Origin: Hemiscyllium ocellatum
Taxonomy: Eukaryota
Reading direction: 5' to 3'
NCBI RefSeq assembly: GCF_020745735.1
Contig: NC_083417.1
Coordinates: 55,924,001-55,988,000, forward strand
Length of the DNA: 64,000 nucleotides
Part shown: positions 38,805 to 51,354 of the stretch, piece after piece
How the letters are laid out: each line of letters opens with the position of its first letter
Numbering within the stretch: the first letter of the stretch is position 1
Notes under the pieces: model-generated
Seen by the model: the letters and a program-made list of their open reading frames with translations, nothing else
Databases searched by the model: none
Told to the model about the DNA's origin: nothing
Program-made: the position numbers and the translations under genes

Positions 38805-41361
38805 AATCCAGGGCAGGTGGTAGAAGTTATGGTGGGGGATTTCTTTGGGAACAGTGAGTAAGTTTTAGAATACTCGTAGATAAATAAGAGTGGTCCTAAG
38901 GGAAGAGTACTAAACTGAGCCAAGGCCAATTATATCAAAATTAGGCAGGAGCTGGGAAATGTGGATTGGACACAGCTATTTGAAGGGAAGTCCACATTTG
39001 GGATGTGGGAGGCTTTCAAAGATAGGTTAACGATAGTGCAGGATAGGCATGTCCCGTTGAAGGCAAAGGATAGGAACGGCAAGATTCGTGAACCGTTAAT
39101 GACAGGAGAAACAGTACGACTAGCCAAGAGGAAAAGGGAAGCGTACATAAGGTCTAGGCAGCCAAGAACAGAACGGGCCCTGAAGGAATATCGGAAGAGT
39201 AGGACAAGTCTTAAACAAGGAATCAAGGGGGCAAAAAGGGGTCATGAAATAGCTTTAGCAAGCAGAATTAAGGAAAATCCCAAAGCATTTTATTCTTATA
39301 TAAGAAGCAAGCGGGTAACTAGAGAAAGAATTGGTCCACTAAAAGATAACGAAGGAAGGCTGTGTGCCGCACCTGAGAGAATGGGTGAGATTCTGAATGA
39401 TCACTTTGCATCAGTGCTCACTGAGGAGAGGAACATGATGAATCTTGAGATGAGAGATAGAAGTTTGATTAGTCTGGATCATGTTGGCATAAGTAGGGAA
39501 GATGTTTGATTAGATTACTTACAATGTGGAAACAGGCCCTTCGGCCCAATAAGTCCACACCGACCCACCAAAGCGCAATCCACCCCTACATTTACCCCTT
39601 ACCTAACACTACAGGCAATTTAGCATGGCCAATTCACCTGACCCACACATCTTTGGCCTGTGGGAGGAAACCGAAGCACAGGGAGAACATGCAAACTCCA
39701 CACAGTCTGTCACCTGAGTCAGGAATTGAACCCAGGTCTCCAGCACTGTGAGGCAGCAGTGCTAACCACCGTGCCGCTCACAGCATGTGTTTGGTATGCT
39801 AGAGGTTATTAAGGTGGACAAATCCCCAGGACTGGATGGGATCTATCCCAGGTTGCTGAGGGAGGTATGAGAGGAAATAGCCGGGCCCTGACAGATATCT
39901 TTGTGACATCCTTAAATACAGATGAGGTGCCGGAGGACTGGAAGGCTGCTCATGTTGTACCCCTGTATAAGAAGGGTAGTAGGGATATTCTGGGTAACTA
40001 CAGACCAGTGAGCCTGACGTCGGTGGTGGGGAAGTTGCTGGAGAGAGTACTGAGAGATAGATCTATTTATATTTAGAAAAGAATGAGCTTATCGGTGATG
40101 GGCAACATGGTTTTGTGCGGGGGAGATCGTGCCTTACCAACTTCATAGAGTTCTTGAGGAAGTGACCAAGTTGTTAGATGATGGAAGGGCTGTTGATGTT
40201 ATACACATGGACTTTAGTAAGGGGTTTGATAAGGTTCCCCATGGTAGACTAATGGAGAAAGTTAAGTCACATGGTCTGCAAGGTGTTCTAGCTAGTGGAT
40301 AAAAAACTGGTTGAGCAACAGGAGACAGAGAGTAGTAGTTGAAGGGAGTTTCTTGAAATGGAGAAAGGTGACCAGTGGTGTTCCACAGGGATCAGTACTG
40401 GGGCCACTGTTGTTTGTAATATACATAAATGATCTAGAAGAGGGCACTGTTGGTATGATCAGCAAGTTTGCAGATGACACGAAGATTGGTGGAGTGGCAG
40501 AAAGCATAAGGGACTGTCCGAGAATACAGGAGATTATAGATAGACTGGAGAGTTTGGCGGAAAAATGGCAGATGGCTTTCAGTCCAGACAAAAGTGAGGT
40601 GATGCATTTAGGCAAGTCTAATTCTAGAGCGAATTATACAATGAATGGAAGAGCCTTGGGAAAAGTTGATAGGCAGAGAGATCTGGGAGTGCAGGTCCAT
40701 TGTATCCTGAAGGTTGCTGCACAGGTGGATAGAGTGGTCAAGAAGGCATCTAGTATGATTGCCTTCATTGGATGGGATATTGAGTATAAGAGCTGGCAAG
40801 TCATATTAAAATTATAGAAGACATTGGTTCGGCTGCATTTAGAATACTGTGTACAGTTCTGGTCCTCACATTACCAAAAGGATGTGGATGCTTTGGAGAG
40901 GGTGCAGAAAAGGTTTATGAGGATGTTGCCTGGTATGGAAGGTGCTAGCTATGAAGAAAGGTTGAGTAGGTTAGGTTTATTTTCACTAGAAAAAAGGAGA
41001 TTGAGGTTTACAAAGTCATGAAGGGTATAGACAGGGTGGATAGAGACACCAGGGTAAAGGATTCAATAACGAGAGGTCATGCTTTTAAGGTGAAAGGTGG
41101 AAAGTTTAAGGGGGATACACGTGGCAAGTACTTCACACAGAGGGTGGTGAGTGTTTGGAATGCGTTGCCAGCAGATGTGGTAGAGGCAGACAAGGTAAAT
41201 TCATTTAAGATGCATCTGGACAGATACATGAGTAGATGGGGAGCAGAGGGATACAGGTGCTTAGGAATTGACCAACAGGTTTAGACAGTACATTTGGATT
41301 GGCTTAGGCTTGGAGGGCCGAAGGACCTGTTCCTGGGCTGTAAATTTTCTTTGTTCTTTGT
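38805..41361 (+). mobile_element. CR1 LINE, 5'-truncated, nested in an older CR1 (~38180-38805 and ~41361-41640)
   Basis: [30 protein letters not shown]; 3' tail ttctttgttctttg; the host element's FADDTK-like motif is split around it (...gataatacaa / tacaaaaattgg). Confidence 0.9.
39506..39778 (-). mobile_element. HE1/V-SINE-like element inserted in CR1
   Basis: gcggcacggtggttagcactgctgcctcacag head, V-core, CR1-like tail. Confidence 0.8.
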
Positions 41362-42599
41362 ACAAAAATTGGCAAAGAAAGATGTAGATACTAGAAAGAT
41401 ATCTATGGACTGGTCAGATTGGCCTAAAAGTGCTAGTTGGTATTCAGTCTAGAAAAGTGAGAGTTAGTGAAAGTGAATTCTAGAAGGACAAACAAGGCAA
41501 GTATTTATAATAAATTAATAGGATTCTAAGAATTGTGGAAGAACGGGGTGGGGGGGTTTGCATTACATGTCCACAGTTCCCTGAAGGTAGCAGAACAAGG
41601 TGATTAACAAGGCATATGGGATTCTTTCATTTATAGAGTCATGATTCTGTATATGACTCTACAAGTACATAGGAAATAGGAGCAAGAGTAGACCATGGTT
41701 GATTGAACCTGGTGCACCATGTACTATGATAATGGGCGAATTTAGGCTTCAGTTCCATTTTTTTGCCCATTCTCCATATTGCTTGATTTCCTGACAGACA
41801 AAAAAAAACTCTCAGCCTTAAACAAACAGTCTTCTGTGGTAATTGTTCTAACTACCCAGTCAGGGGGAAGAACAATGGCAACCTTATCAAGCCATCAGTT
41901 CATCAGCTTTATTGCAGATGCTCTTCACATTCAGATAAACTCTCTGTCCAAATCAGTTTGACTTTAAGCTGCATTCATGTACTTTTCCATTACCTCAACT
42001 TCTATCTTTGGATTTTTAAATCTTCCTTCTTGTGAACCCTCCTCCCTTTCTGACCATATTTGCTGATGCACTCTTACTTTTGTATGTCCTGTCTCACATG
42101 CTGGCTATGACTACCTTGCCTTATACCAGTGGGGGAGAGGAACGAGGTAAATTGCTCTTGCAAGGATCCTCCATTGACACTAGAGGTTGAATTTTCCCTT
42201 TTATTCATGATTCAATGTTAGTCCTATGTCTACCTGAACTCTACTATCTCTTTGTACTGTCCTTGGTATTTTACCATTTCTGATCTACCTGTTGTTTTGA
42301 TCCATGAGAATGAAAAGTTTTTTTGGTCTGGCCAATTGCCGCCAGAAATTACACAGGTGCTTAACATCTGCAAAGATATTTAAAAGTGACATGTTGGAAG
42401 TGCTTTCATTGTCATCTCTGAGAATGATGAGTTAATAATTACATAAAAAGTAGGAGCAGGAATAGGCCATTTGGCCCTTCGAGTCTGCTCCACTATCCAA
42501 TAGGATTGTGGCTGATCTTCTATCTGCCCATGCCTCTTGATGCATTGACCTCGGTAAATCTATCTCTTTCTTGACTATATTCATGATGTGAAGGCGCCT

Positions 42600-42997
42600 C
42601 TGTTGGAATCGGGTGGACAAAGGTGAAAAATCACATGACACTAGATTATAGTCAGGATACATATAAATTTTATGTCCTAAGTAAAAGATCAAAGTTCCAT
42701 ACAACTGATGCGATGTATTAGACAAACCTAGATGGCTAAGTCTTTAATCACTTTGAATGTGGTATCAATCGAAGCCTGCATCACCATCCTAAGTGACTAA
42801 AGACTTCAAAGCCACCTTTGTTTGTCAAATACACTGTACACCACATCAGTTGTGTGACACTTTGATCTTTTACTTATAAATTCTGTGTCCTATGTATCCA
42901 GTCCCACTAACTACCCAACGAAGGAGCAGCGCTCCAAAAGCTAGTGCTTCCAATTAAACCTGTTGGACTATAACTAGGTGTTGTGTGATTTTTAACT
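42600..42997. mobile_element. Second-family Penelope terminal repeat remnant with short inverted copy; hammerhead decayed (~42915-42943)
   Basis: gaaggagcagcgctccaaaagcta...aaacctgttggactataac; inverted counterpart at ~42610-42655; related to 48198-48386 and 62896 onward. Confidence 0.6.
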
Positions 42998-43088
42998 GAA
43001 TACATACAAGGTCTTGGGCTCAGCAGCGTTTTGTGGTGGAGATTTCCGCAGGTCCACTACCCTTAGAGTTGAAGTATCCTCATCTCAT

Positions 43089-43312
43089 CTGCAAATGTGT
43101 TGCTGGTCAAAGCACAGCAGGCCAGGCAGCATCTCAGGAATAGAGAATTCGACGTTTCGAGCATAAGCCCTTCATCCTGATGAAGGGCTTATGCTTGAAA
43201 CGTCGAATTCTCTATTCCTGAGATGCTGCCTGGCCTGCTGTGCTTTGACCAGCAACACATTTGCAGCTGTGATCTCCAGCATCTGCAGACCTCATTTTTT
43301 ACTCGAAGACTT
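43089..43312. mobile_element. Palindromic Penelope terminal-repeat mini-element, hammerhead core on + at 43177-43204
   Basis: 88-bp inverted arms 43089-43176 and 43179-43266 (one mismatch seen); 14-bp TSD tatcctcatctcat at 43075-43088 and 43313-43326. Confidence 0.92.
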
Positions 43313-43475
43313 TATCCTCATCTCATGACAATTACATAAAAATGAGAAAGTAGAGGGGAAAAAGACATTGCTGAAGAGTCACTGTTGAATCTGGAAGACA
43401 CAATAGTGGCTTTGAAATCTGACATTAATTGTGAAGGGGTATGAGGCAGGAGAGGGGGATGAAAAGGAGAGGCAG

Positions 43476-43558
43476 TGTCAGGAGTGGGATTCGAACCCAC
43501 GCCTCCAGAGGAGACTGCGACCTGAACGCAGCGCCTTAGACCGCTCGGCCATCCTGAC
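43476..43558 (-). tRNA. tRNA-Leu(CAG)
   Basis: Reverse complement identical to 37763-37845; TTTT terminator at 43462-43465 on minus. Confidence 0.98.
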
Positions 43559-43704
43559 TGTGAGTGTGAACGGCAGTTAGATGGATTGGTGCAGCAGGGA
43601 AGCGGCTGTGACCAGCGAGCGGCGGCGGTTGATGTGTGAGGGCGGACGGTGATGTCGGCCCCGCGGTGTTTTCGCAGTTATTCGGGAAGCGGCTGCGGGT
43701 GAAC
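43559..43704 (+). promoter_or_regulatory. Compact promoter/5'UTR between the tRNA and the JmjC-like gene, start of a CpG island
   Basis: Inverted CCAAT (attgg ~43585), GC-rich; good Kozak context aacATGG at 43705. Confidence 0.55.
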
Positions 43705-44351
43705 ATGGCGGCGGTGGGCCGCAAACTGAGCCGGGAGGAGCTCGCCGAGCTGGTGTCTCTGGCCTTGCGCTGCGGCCTCAGCCAGAGGGACATCGCGGGG
43801 CTGCCGTCGGTGCAGAAGCTGCTGGGCCGCTCCCGCTCCGGCTCCGGCTCCCGGCGCGGCCTGCACGCCTGGGCCGCCCTCCTGCTCCTGGTCCTCCTCC
43901 TCCTCCTGGGTGGCCCGCTCCTCCAGCCCGGCCTCCGCCTGTGGTTCTGGCTCCGCGGCCTGCCGCCCCACACCCAGATGTGCGCTCTGGGCCTGGGCGA
44001 GCTGCACAACCCGTTCCGCCGGCCCCTGGACTGCCGCGTCTGCCGCAACATCACCGGCGTCGACCGGAGGAGTAACCTGAGCCACGAGGAGTTCCTGCGG
44101 GCGTACGCCTACTCCATGCAGCCGGTGGTGGTGGAGGACGGCCAGAGGAACTGGTCCGCCAGGGAGGTCTTCAGCTTCGAGTTCTTCACACGGATCTACG
44201 ACAACGAGAGCCGGGCCCTGGACAGCAGCGCCAGCGAGTGCCAGTTCTTCCCGTACGACACCGAGTTCGTGAACCTCGGCGATGTCTTCAGCATGGAGGC
44301 CGGCCGTGCCGCCGGCATGGACAGCAAGGCCAAGCCGTGGTACATTGGATG
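43705..44351 (+). CDS. Uncharacterised membrane-anchored JmjC/cupin-like protein, exon 1
   Basis: MAAVGRKLSREEL...; hydrophobic AWAALLLLVLLLLLGG; LSHEEFLRAYAYSMQPVVVEDGQRNWSA resembles the JmjC N-terminal segment; KPWYIG(W); donor TG|gtgcgt. Confidence 0.9.
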
Positions 44352-44389
44352 GTGCGTGGGACACTTTCAATGTTCTTGCACAGTTCAGA

Positions 44390-45290
44390 GGCAGACACAG
44401 ACACAAACAAAACCCACACACACACACACACACAAAACACTAGGATACATGCAAAATGCGCACTAAGGGAGCGCACACATACAAAATGCACACAAAGTGT
44501 ACACACAGACACATACAAAATGCACACAGACGTGTACAAGGCACACAAAAACACACACAAAATGCACACACAGGCATAGAAGGCAAGCAGACATATGCAA
44601 AATGCACACAGACATACAAAATGCACATGCACACAGACATACAAAATGCACACACACACAAAACAAACGCGCGCAGACACATGCAAAATGCACACACACA
44701 AAGCAAGCACACTCAGCACGCACACAGACACATACATACAAAACGTGCACACACATACAAAACATACATGCAAAGCACACGCACACATGCAAAACGTGCG
44801 CGCACACAGATACATGCAAAACGCACACACCTACACATACAAAGCGCAAGCGCACAGGCGTGCACACAGATGCGTACAAGGCGCACGCACCAACACATGC
44901 AAAATGCGCATGCACACCTACACATGCAAAGCACGCACACAGACACATACAAAACACATGCACACAGACACATACACAACATGGGCGTGTGCACACATGT
45001 ACAAGGCACGCATACACAGACACATACAAAATGTGCGTGCGCACAGACACAAGCAAAACACACGTGTGTAAAGCGCGCATGCACACAGACACAAAGTGTG
45101 CACACACAGACACATACAAAACATGAGCATATTGACACTTGCAAACATGCACACACACAGACACATGCAAAACACATACAAAGCGCACACGCGCACACAG
45201 ACACAAGCCAAAACGCATACACGTATACACACAAAGCGTGTGCACGTACATACAAACAAACACGCAGGCACATACAAAACACACAGGCAA
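44390..45290. repeat. Degenerate CA-rich microsatellite/minisatellite (~900 bp)
   Basis: Recurring cacacagacacatacaaaatg-like units; explains the many spurious H/T/C/V-rich ORFs. Confidence 0.9.
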
Positions 45291-47115
45291 CCTGACTGAT
45301 GAGCAAGGGCAGGTTGGTGATTGTCTTGGGGATCGGATAAATTTTAAGTCCACAAAGAACAATGGATTGAAAGTGAAATTAGTTTAGTAAAACAAAGAAC
45401 TGGATCCTGGGTCACTGGACTGGAAATGTTAACTCTGCTTTTTCTCTGCCAGACGTGCTGAATTTCTCCAGCAGTTTCTGTTCTTGCTTTAGGTATTGTG
45501 GACTCTTTTTGGAATACCCATAATAATCTTATGTCCAAGTTACCTGGAGAGGAAATTAGGACACATACATTAATTTTACATGAAGCCTTACTTTAATGTT
45601 GAAGTCCAGATCTGATTTAATTTCAGTAGAATTGCTTGTGTGGTGATCAGGATTTCCGATTTTATATTGCTGTCACATATACACATGGTAAAAGGTCAGA
45701 GTGGTATATGCTCTGTTTTGCTCTAGCTGTAGTATACTTTTCCTCCAGCTTCAGCAGTGAAGAAGGGTCAGTGTAATATGTAGGCAAGAGGACGGAAATG
45801 TTGGAAGCTTTCAGATTGGGGGCATGGGAGTGTGAGGAAGAGAAACAGTTAACAGTTCAAGCCACAGTAATACAGTAAATACTAAGATGTATCAGGTAAT
45901 TATAGATTAGGGTAGGACTTTGTTGTTTGAGCTGATTTTTCATGGCTAATTCACTGCTACAACACATAGACAATATTGGTTTTAAAATGATTAGATAAAG
46001 AAGGAAATCTGCCCTGTTAATTCCTTTACCACATCTGTCCCTTCCAACTCAAAACACGGGATCAATGATAAAGTTGGCTAAGTTAAGAAATTCCAGCAGT
46101 TCCAATGTCCAAAATAACATTTTAGCCCAGGAATCTGACTGTTGGTCTTGAGGCTATGTCACCTGCAGTCACGTGTGTGATTATAACCTGTATTAAGATA
46201 TCATTTGCACAGGTTACTGTTCTGTTTGAGCTAAAGAAAGCTTGCAATGTAAATTCTGGCAGGTTACTACATGAGCTCACAGCAAGTTTGCAGATAAATT
46301 GTTAATGAGACATTAATTGGATGTTTCATTATGTGAAGGGGCAGGCATTACCTGGGAATTCACTTGTGCTCCTTTTTGTAGCAGCAAACTGTAAATGTGT
46401 TGATAGAGAATTGAAGATGCATTTTTGAAATGTGTCTCAGTAAATAAATCTTACGTGTAAAGAGTAGGCTCTTATTCAACCTTGCATTGTGGCCATCTTG
46501 CACAAAGGTAAAGCCACCATGGTTCCAGCTGTCTCATTAAAACAACATTGTCAGTTGTAAATTTATTACTAATTGATCCATTAACTGTTCATCATGTGAT
46601 TAATTCTTTTATATGAGAAGTGAAATTGATTTCTCTCTTCATTATAAAATTAGGATAGCAGGCAAATGGAAGTGCCTTTGTTTGCAGGGTTGGCAGTTTT
46701 GCTGTTCCAGTATTGTGACTCCTGAGTTAGTCAGTTCCTTTCACTTGACAGTTCATATAAGCAACATCATGTCCAAAGTGATCATAACTGAGTATTCAGA
46801 TATAGCATTCATCACACTACAGAGCAGGATGCACCATAGAACTTACACTAAGCCCGAATATAGTAAAAGCTGGTATCAGGGAGAAAGTTTCTAGTCCACC
46901 CCAAATTATTTATCTCACTGTCCAGTCTGGGCAAGTTATTGGTGATGAATGTGGAATACTTTATTGTTGAGGCTTTTCTGCTTCCTTGGGCACAGTGATA
47001 TGTTGCTATGCGTAATCGACTTATGCAGGCTTGTGGGATGGGACATGTGGGGCTGCAGGAGGAAGAGGGATGCGAGTTCCATTTGCTGATTGTTTATTCT
47101 GCTTTTGTTTCACAG

Positions 47116-47251
47116 GAGTAACTGTGATTCCAGTGCAGCAAGTATCCTGAGACAGCACTATAAGCGACCATATTTTATCCCAGCCATTTCTGAATCCAGT
47201 AAAATGGATTGGATATTCATGGGAGTACCAGGGCATGGAGCCCACATGCAT
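47116..47251 (+). CDS. JmjC/cupin-like protein exon 2
   Basis: (W)SNCDSSAASILRQHYKRPYFIPAISESSKMDWIFMGVPGHGAHMH; cacag/gtaaga; phase matches exon 1. Confidence 0.92.
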
Positions 47252-47739
47252 GTAAGAGTGAGAAACTGTGACTGACTGCACATTTGCCCATTGGCCAGAT
47301 AATTTTTGACCTATGCAGTAAAATCTCTACACAAATTGGGGCCTCTCTCTTTTGTCTTGTTGCTGCAAATTAGGCTTTAGAATTTCAGTTTAGAGGCATC
47401 TTAGGACATTTCGTTTGTATTTACCTCGGAAAATGGACTGCATGCTGTACGCCACGAACATCAGTTATGTTGTCACATGTTTAGGAAGGTAAATCTATTG
47501 TAATATATCCTATCATACCACCAACCCAGCCTTAAAACATGGAATTTGTCTTTGTCAAAACGTGCTGTATTCCTAGTAACTCATTTCAAATACAATGTCA
47601 CTTCTTTCAACTGTTATTGTATTCCTTGTCTCACTGTTGTATTTTTTTTAGCCCCTCTGTATGAGGAACACATTATTTTCAATTTCCCTGCCTCCAAGAC
47701 TCACCTCCTACTCTCTATACCTTTTCTCATGAAAATACT

Positions 47740-48810
47740 GAAAACATGCAGCACGACTTAGTCGTTCACCCCCTTTGAGTCTGCTCCACCACTTCAAAGA
47801 TCATCGCTGATTAAATTGTACCATCAAATTTGGTATTTCTGTCTACTCCTACGATCTTTTTATCCCCTTGCTTAACAAGAATCTCTGCCTTAAAAATATT
47901 CAAGGACTGCTTTCACTAACTCTTCAGGAAGAGAGTCCCAAAGACTCCATTCTCTGAGAGAAAAAAGCTTTTCTGTAATCTTTGTTTTAAATGGGCACGC
48001 TCTGATTTTTTAAAAACATGACCCCTAGTTGTAGGTTCTGTCATAAGCAGAAATATTCACTCCATATCTAACCCGTCAAGACCCCTTAGGACCTCGTGTT
48101 TCAATAATGTTGTCTCTTCCTTTTTTAAACTGCAGCAAAAACAAGACTAGCCTATCTAACATTTTCTTATAACATGGTTCACTCATTCCAAATATTAAAA
48201 TTCATTCAACACCAGGTTATAATCCAACAGGTTTATTTGGAAACGCTAGCTTTCGGAGTGCTGCTCCTTCAGGTAAAGGAGCAGCGCCTCAAATGCTATG
48301 GCTTCCATTTAAACCTGTTGGACTATAACCTGGTATTGTGTGATTTTTAACTTTATGCACCCCAGTCCAACACCATCACCTCCAAATCATTCCAAATATT
48401 ATTCTGGTAAAGCTCATCTCTTCCAGCATGTTTACATCTTTCCTGAGATAAAATGAACAGTATTCTCGATTCAGGCTTGCCAGTGTCCTGCATAGGTGAG
48501 GTATAACCTCCCTACTTTTGTATTCAGTTTTCCTCACAATAAATGAAACCATTCTATTAGTGTTCCTAATTACTTGCTAGACCTGTGTATTAACTTTTTG
48601 TTATTCATGCACTAGGGCACTCAGATTCCTCTGCATCTTAGTTCTGCAATCTTGTCCTAATTAGATAATATTTCACCTTTTTTCTAAGTCTTTTTGCCAA
48701 AGTAGACAATTTCTCCACTTACCCACATTGTGCTCATTTGTCACATCTTTTTGTAGCCTCCTCATATCTTTATCACAACTTACTTGCCTACTTAACTTTG
48801 TTAATAGACA
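47740..48810 (-). mobile_element. Old decayed CR1 3' fragment
   Basis: CR1-type 3' UTR and RT remnants; hosts the 48198 mini-element. Confidence 0.55.
48198..48386. mobile_element. Palindromic mini-element of the second Penelope family
   Basis: Inverted arms centred near 48262 (gctagctttcggagtgctgctccttc / aaggagcagcgc); 15-bp TSD tcattccaaatatta at 48183-48197 and 48387-48401. Confidence 0.8.
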
Positions 48811-49419
48811 GGCAAGAGGTTGGAAGATCACAGCAAGCCAGGCAGCATCAGGTGGTAGAGAAGTCAACGCCTCAGGCCTCCTGCCTGTCTACTTTGGATT
48901 CCGGCATCTTTAGTTTTTTTTGGTTCTGTACTTAACTTCATGTTCCAGTAATAATCTGAGTCTAAATCCTCTTCGTTACAACCTGCTCAAAAGATTTTTG
49001 ATTTTAAAAATCATTGTTAGATCCCTTCCAACCTCCTTTGTTCTTAAATAAAAAGCTCCAATTTTTTTTGTACCTTCCTCCATCAGTGAAGCTTTTGATT
49101 CAGTACTGAATTTTTTCCAGGATTGATATATCCTACCGCATACAATACTCCATTGTGTTCTAATGACCTTGCACAATTTCAATATTACTTCCCTCTTCTT
49201 TTTATTCAGTACCTATTTACTCATTGGTTACCAATGCTATTCATGCTTTGTAATTTGTTGATAGTAACCTGTGCATTTTTATAATAGCAAGCTTTATTAA
49301 AATCACGATATTGGTTTTGCTTTTGCATATAATGACAAGCAAATAATACAACCTGGTTCCCAGGCTCCCGCCACCTCTTCCACAGTCCATTTTAAGAGAA
49401 CAACACAAGTCGTGGAGTG

Positions 49420-49635
49420 GATTCTGGATTAGTGGTGCTGGAAGAGCACAGCAGTTCAGGCAGCATCCAAGGAGCAACGAAATCGACATTTCGGGCAAAA
49501 GCCCTTCCTGATGAAGGGCTTTTGCCCGAAACGTCGATTTCGCTGCTCCTTAGATGCTGCCTGAACTGCTGTGCTCTTCCAGCACCACTAATCCAGAATC
49601 TGGTTTCCAGCATCTGCAGTCATTGTTTTTACCTA
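49420..49635. mobile_element. Palindromic Penelope terminal-repeat mini-element, intact hammerhead core on + at 49508-49535
   Basis: 88-bp arms 49420-49507 and 49513-49600 (~3 mismatches); 15-bp TSD acaagtc(g/c)tggagtg at 49405-49419 and 49636-49650. Confidence 0.92.
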
Positions 49636-50159
49636 ACAAGTCCTGGAGTGACCTGTTCCCATTTTCCAGACCTTTTTCCAGCTGTGTGACTTTAGATCTT
49701 TAGAATGCTTTGCCATAAACAAAACATTGGTTCTGTTTTGTATTATAAGAGTCTCGGCATGTGCTTACACAATACAGAGCTACTGATCCATTGGTTACAG
49801 GTTTATCTGTGGCTGCATTGTTATGCATTTACCTGGCTTCTAATGCTTTGTCTTTGTGCTACACATTGGCTCAAATCTTCTGATCTGAGTGAGAATCACT
49901 AATTCTCACCGAAACCAGACTAAAATGTGCCCATTCATCTTTCTTGGGTAAGCTTCGGGACTGGAGCCTCCTAGCTGAAGCTGGACGAGGTTAGGAAAGG
50001 TTGTGGCCGACAGTGGAGTGGATGAATGCTGAAATCACACCTTCTTTACTTTGTTGTGACACATTCTGTGATTTGAATGTCCTTAAAACACTTTGACAGC
50101 TACGGAGAGAAAGTAAGTGTTTAAGGTAAGGTAGTGGGTTAGGTGGGAGGTGAAGAAGT

Positions 50160-50372
50160 CAGGAGTGTGATGCTGGAAAACCACAGCAGGCCAGGCAGCA
50201 TCCAAGGAACAGGAGACTCGACGTTTCAGGCGTAAGGCCTTTCCTGATGAAGGATTTGTGCCCAAAACTTTGATCCTTCTGCTGCTCAGATGCTGCCTGG
50301 CCTGCTATGATTTTCCAATATCAAACTCTCAACTCTGATCTCCAGCATCTCTCGTCCTCACTTTCTTCTGGC
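50160..50372. mobile_element. Older palindromic Penelope mini-element, core decayed
   Basis: Diverged inverted arms around ctgatga at 50244-50250; 12-bp TSD aggtgaagaagt at 50148-50159 and 50373-50384. Confidence 0.8.
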
Positions 50373-50637
50373 AGGTGAAGAAGTAGGATTGGTTAAAATT
50401 ATAAGAGACAGTTGGACAGGCATAGGATGCCTGGTAGATTGCGGGGGTGTTGTGGTGGCAAGTGGGTGATGCAAAGGCTTGAGTTAGGAGGAGTTTGAGG
50501 CTACTAAGGTGAGTCTGATAAAGAGTGGGGCAGGGGTCACATCAGGTTGGGTTCAAGGGTGTTGAGGAAGCTGGGTTCCATGGTGAATTGAGTGATCTAT
50601 GGGTTCTTCATGATGAGGCTGGGGGTGGGGGGGGTGC

Positions 50638-50711
50638 TGAGGTCAGTTTAATAATTAGCTAAGAATTAGAGCAGTGAGGTCAGTTTAATAATTAGCTGAG
50701 AATTAGAGCAG
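50638..50711. repeat. 37-bp tandem duplication
   Basis: tgaggtcagtttaataattagct(a/g)agaattagagcag x2. Confidence 0.85.
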
Positions 50712-51354
50712 TTTTCAATTCCTCTAGCTTTTCATGACTAGCTTTTAAGGGAGGTGAGTCGGAACCATCCAAAGTCTCTGACTCTAACTCCGATTTAGGG
50801 ACTTTTGCAGAGGTTTCCAGACGCCGGGTTATTGCCCATTGGAAGTTTCAACTTCTGGGACAGTTCCCGTGGAGCCAACTGTATCAGAACTTCATGTGGT
50901 CCCGACATGCACCTCCTACATTTGCTGATGCAACAACTGTCTTCCTTTCAGAAGATCTGAGCCATTTTGATTATAATATGGTAATTATTTAGGCCAAATG
51001 TTAAAATGTCGTCAAGATGTAGATGTTTCCATTTGCTGCTTTTGTGTGTCTGCTGTTCCTACACAGAGACAGGATTCAGATTTTCCTTTCTCATTTACTT
51101 TGAGTAAAAATGCTGAAAGATAGAAATAGTGTGATTAACATTTTTAAATAGTTTTAAATCATCCTAGTCAGTGTCTTGCAGAAAGCCTGACACTTATTGT
51201 TTATTTTCAGACTTAAAACTGCAGGTTTTTTTCAGATTAAGTAGAAAATATATTAAAGTTTGATTTCCAGCAAGGTTAAATGTAAAGGGTTTCATTTTGA
51301 AGATGAATGTGATTTGATTTTTATTTTAATCTCTCAGTTCATCTGTAATATCTA

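Noticed and set aside
43860-43930. Functional link between the Leu-rich CTG/CTC stretch and the neighbouring tRNA-Leu(CAG)
   Set aside because: Ordinary TM-helix composition in GC-rich DNA; genomic proximity does not affect cytoplasmic decoding
43536-44433. Long antisense ORFs (172 and 251 aa) over the JmjC-like exon 1, and alternative-frame ORFs over TMPPE exon 1
   Set aside because: Expected shadows of GC-rich coding sequence; no recognisable motifs
44238-45387. Many long overlapping ORFs rich in H/T/C/V
   Set aside because: Artefacts of the CA/TG low-complexity tract, which lacks stop codons
12469-50372. Interpreting the palindromic elements as MITEs/DNA transposons or CRISPR-like repeats
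   Set aside because: Arms are asymmetric (one has an extra tail), TSDs are long and variable, the sequence matches a Penelope retroelement terminus, and there is no repeat-spacer periodicity
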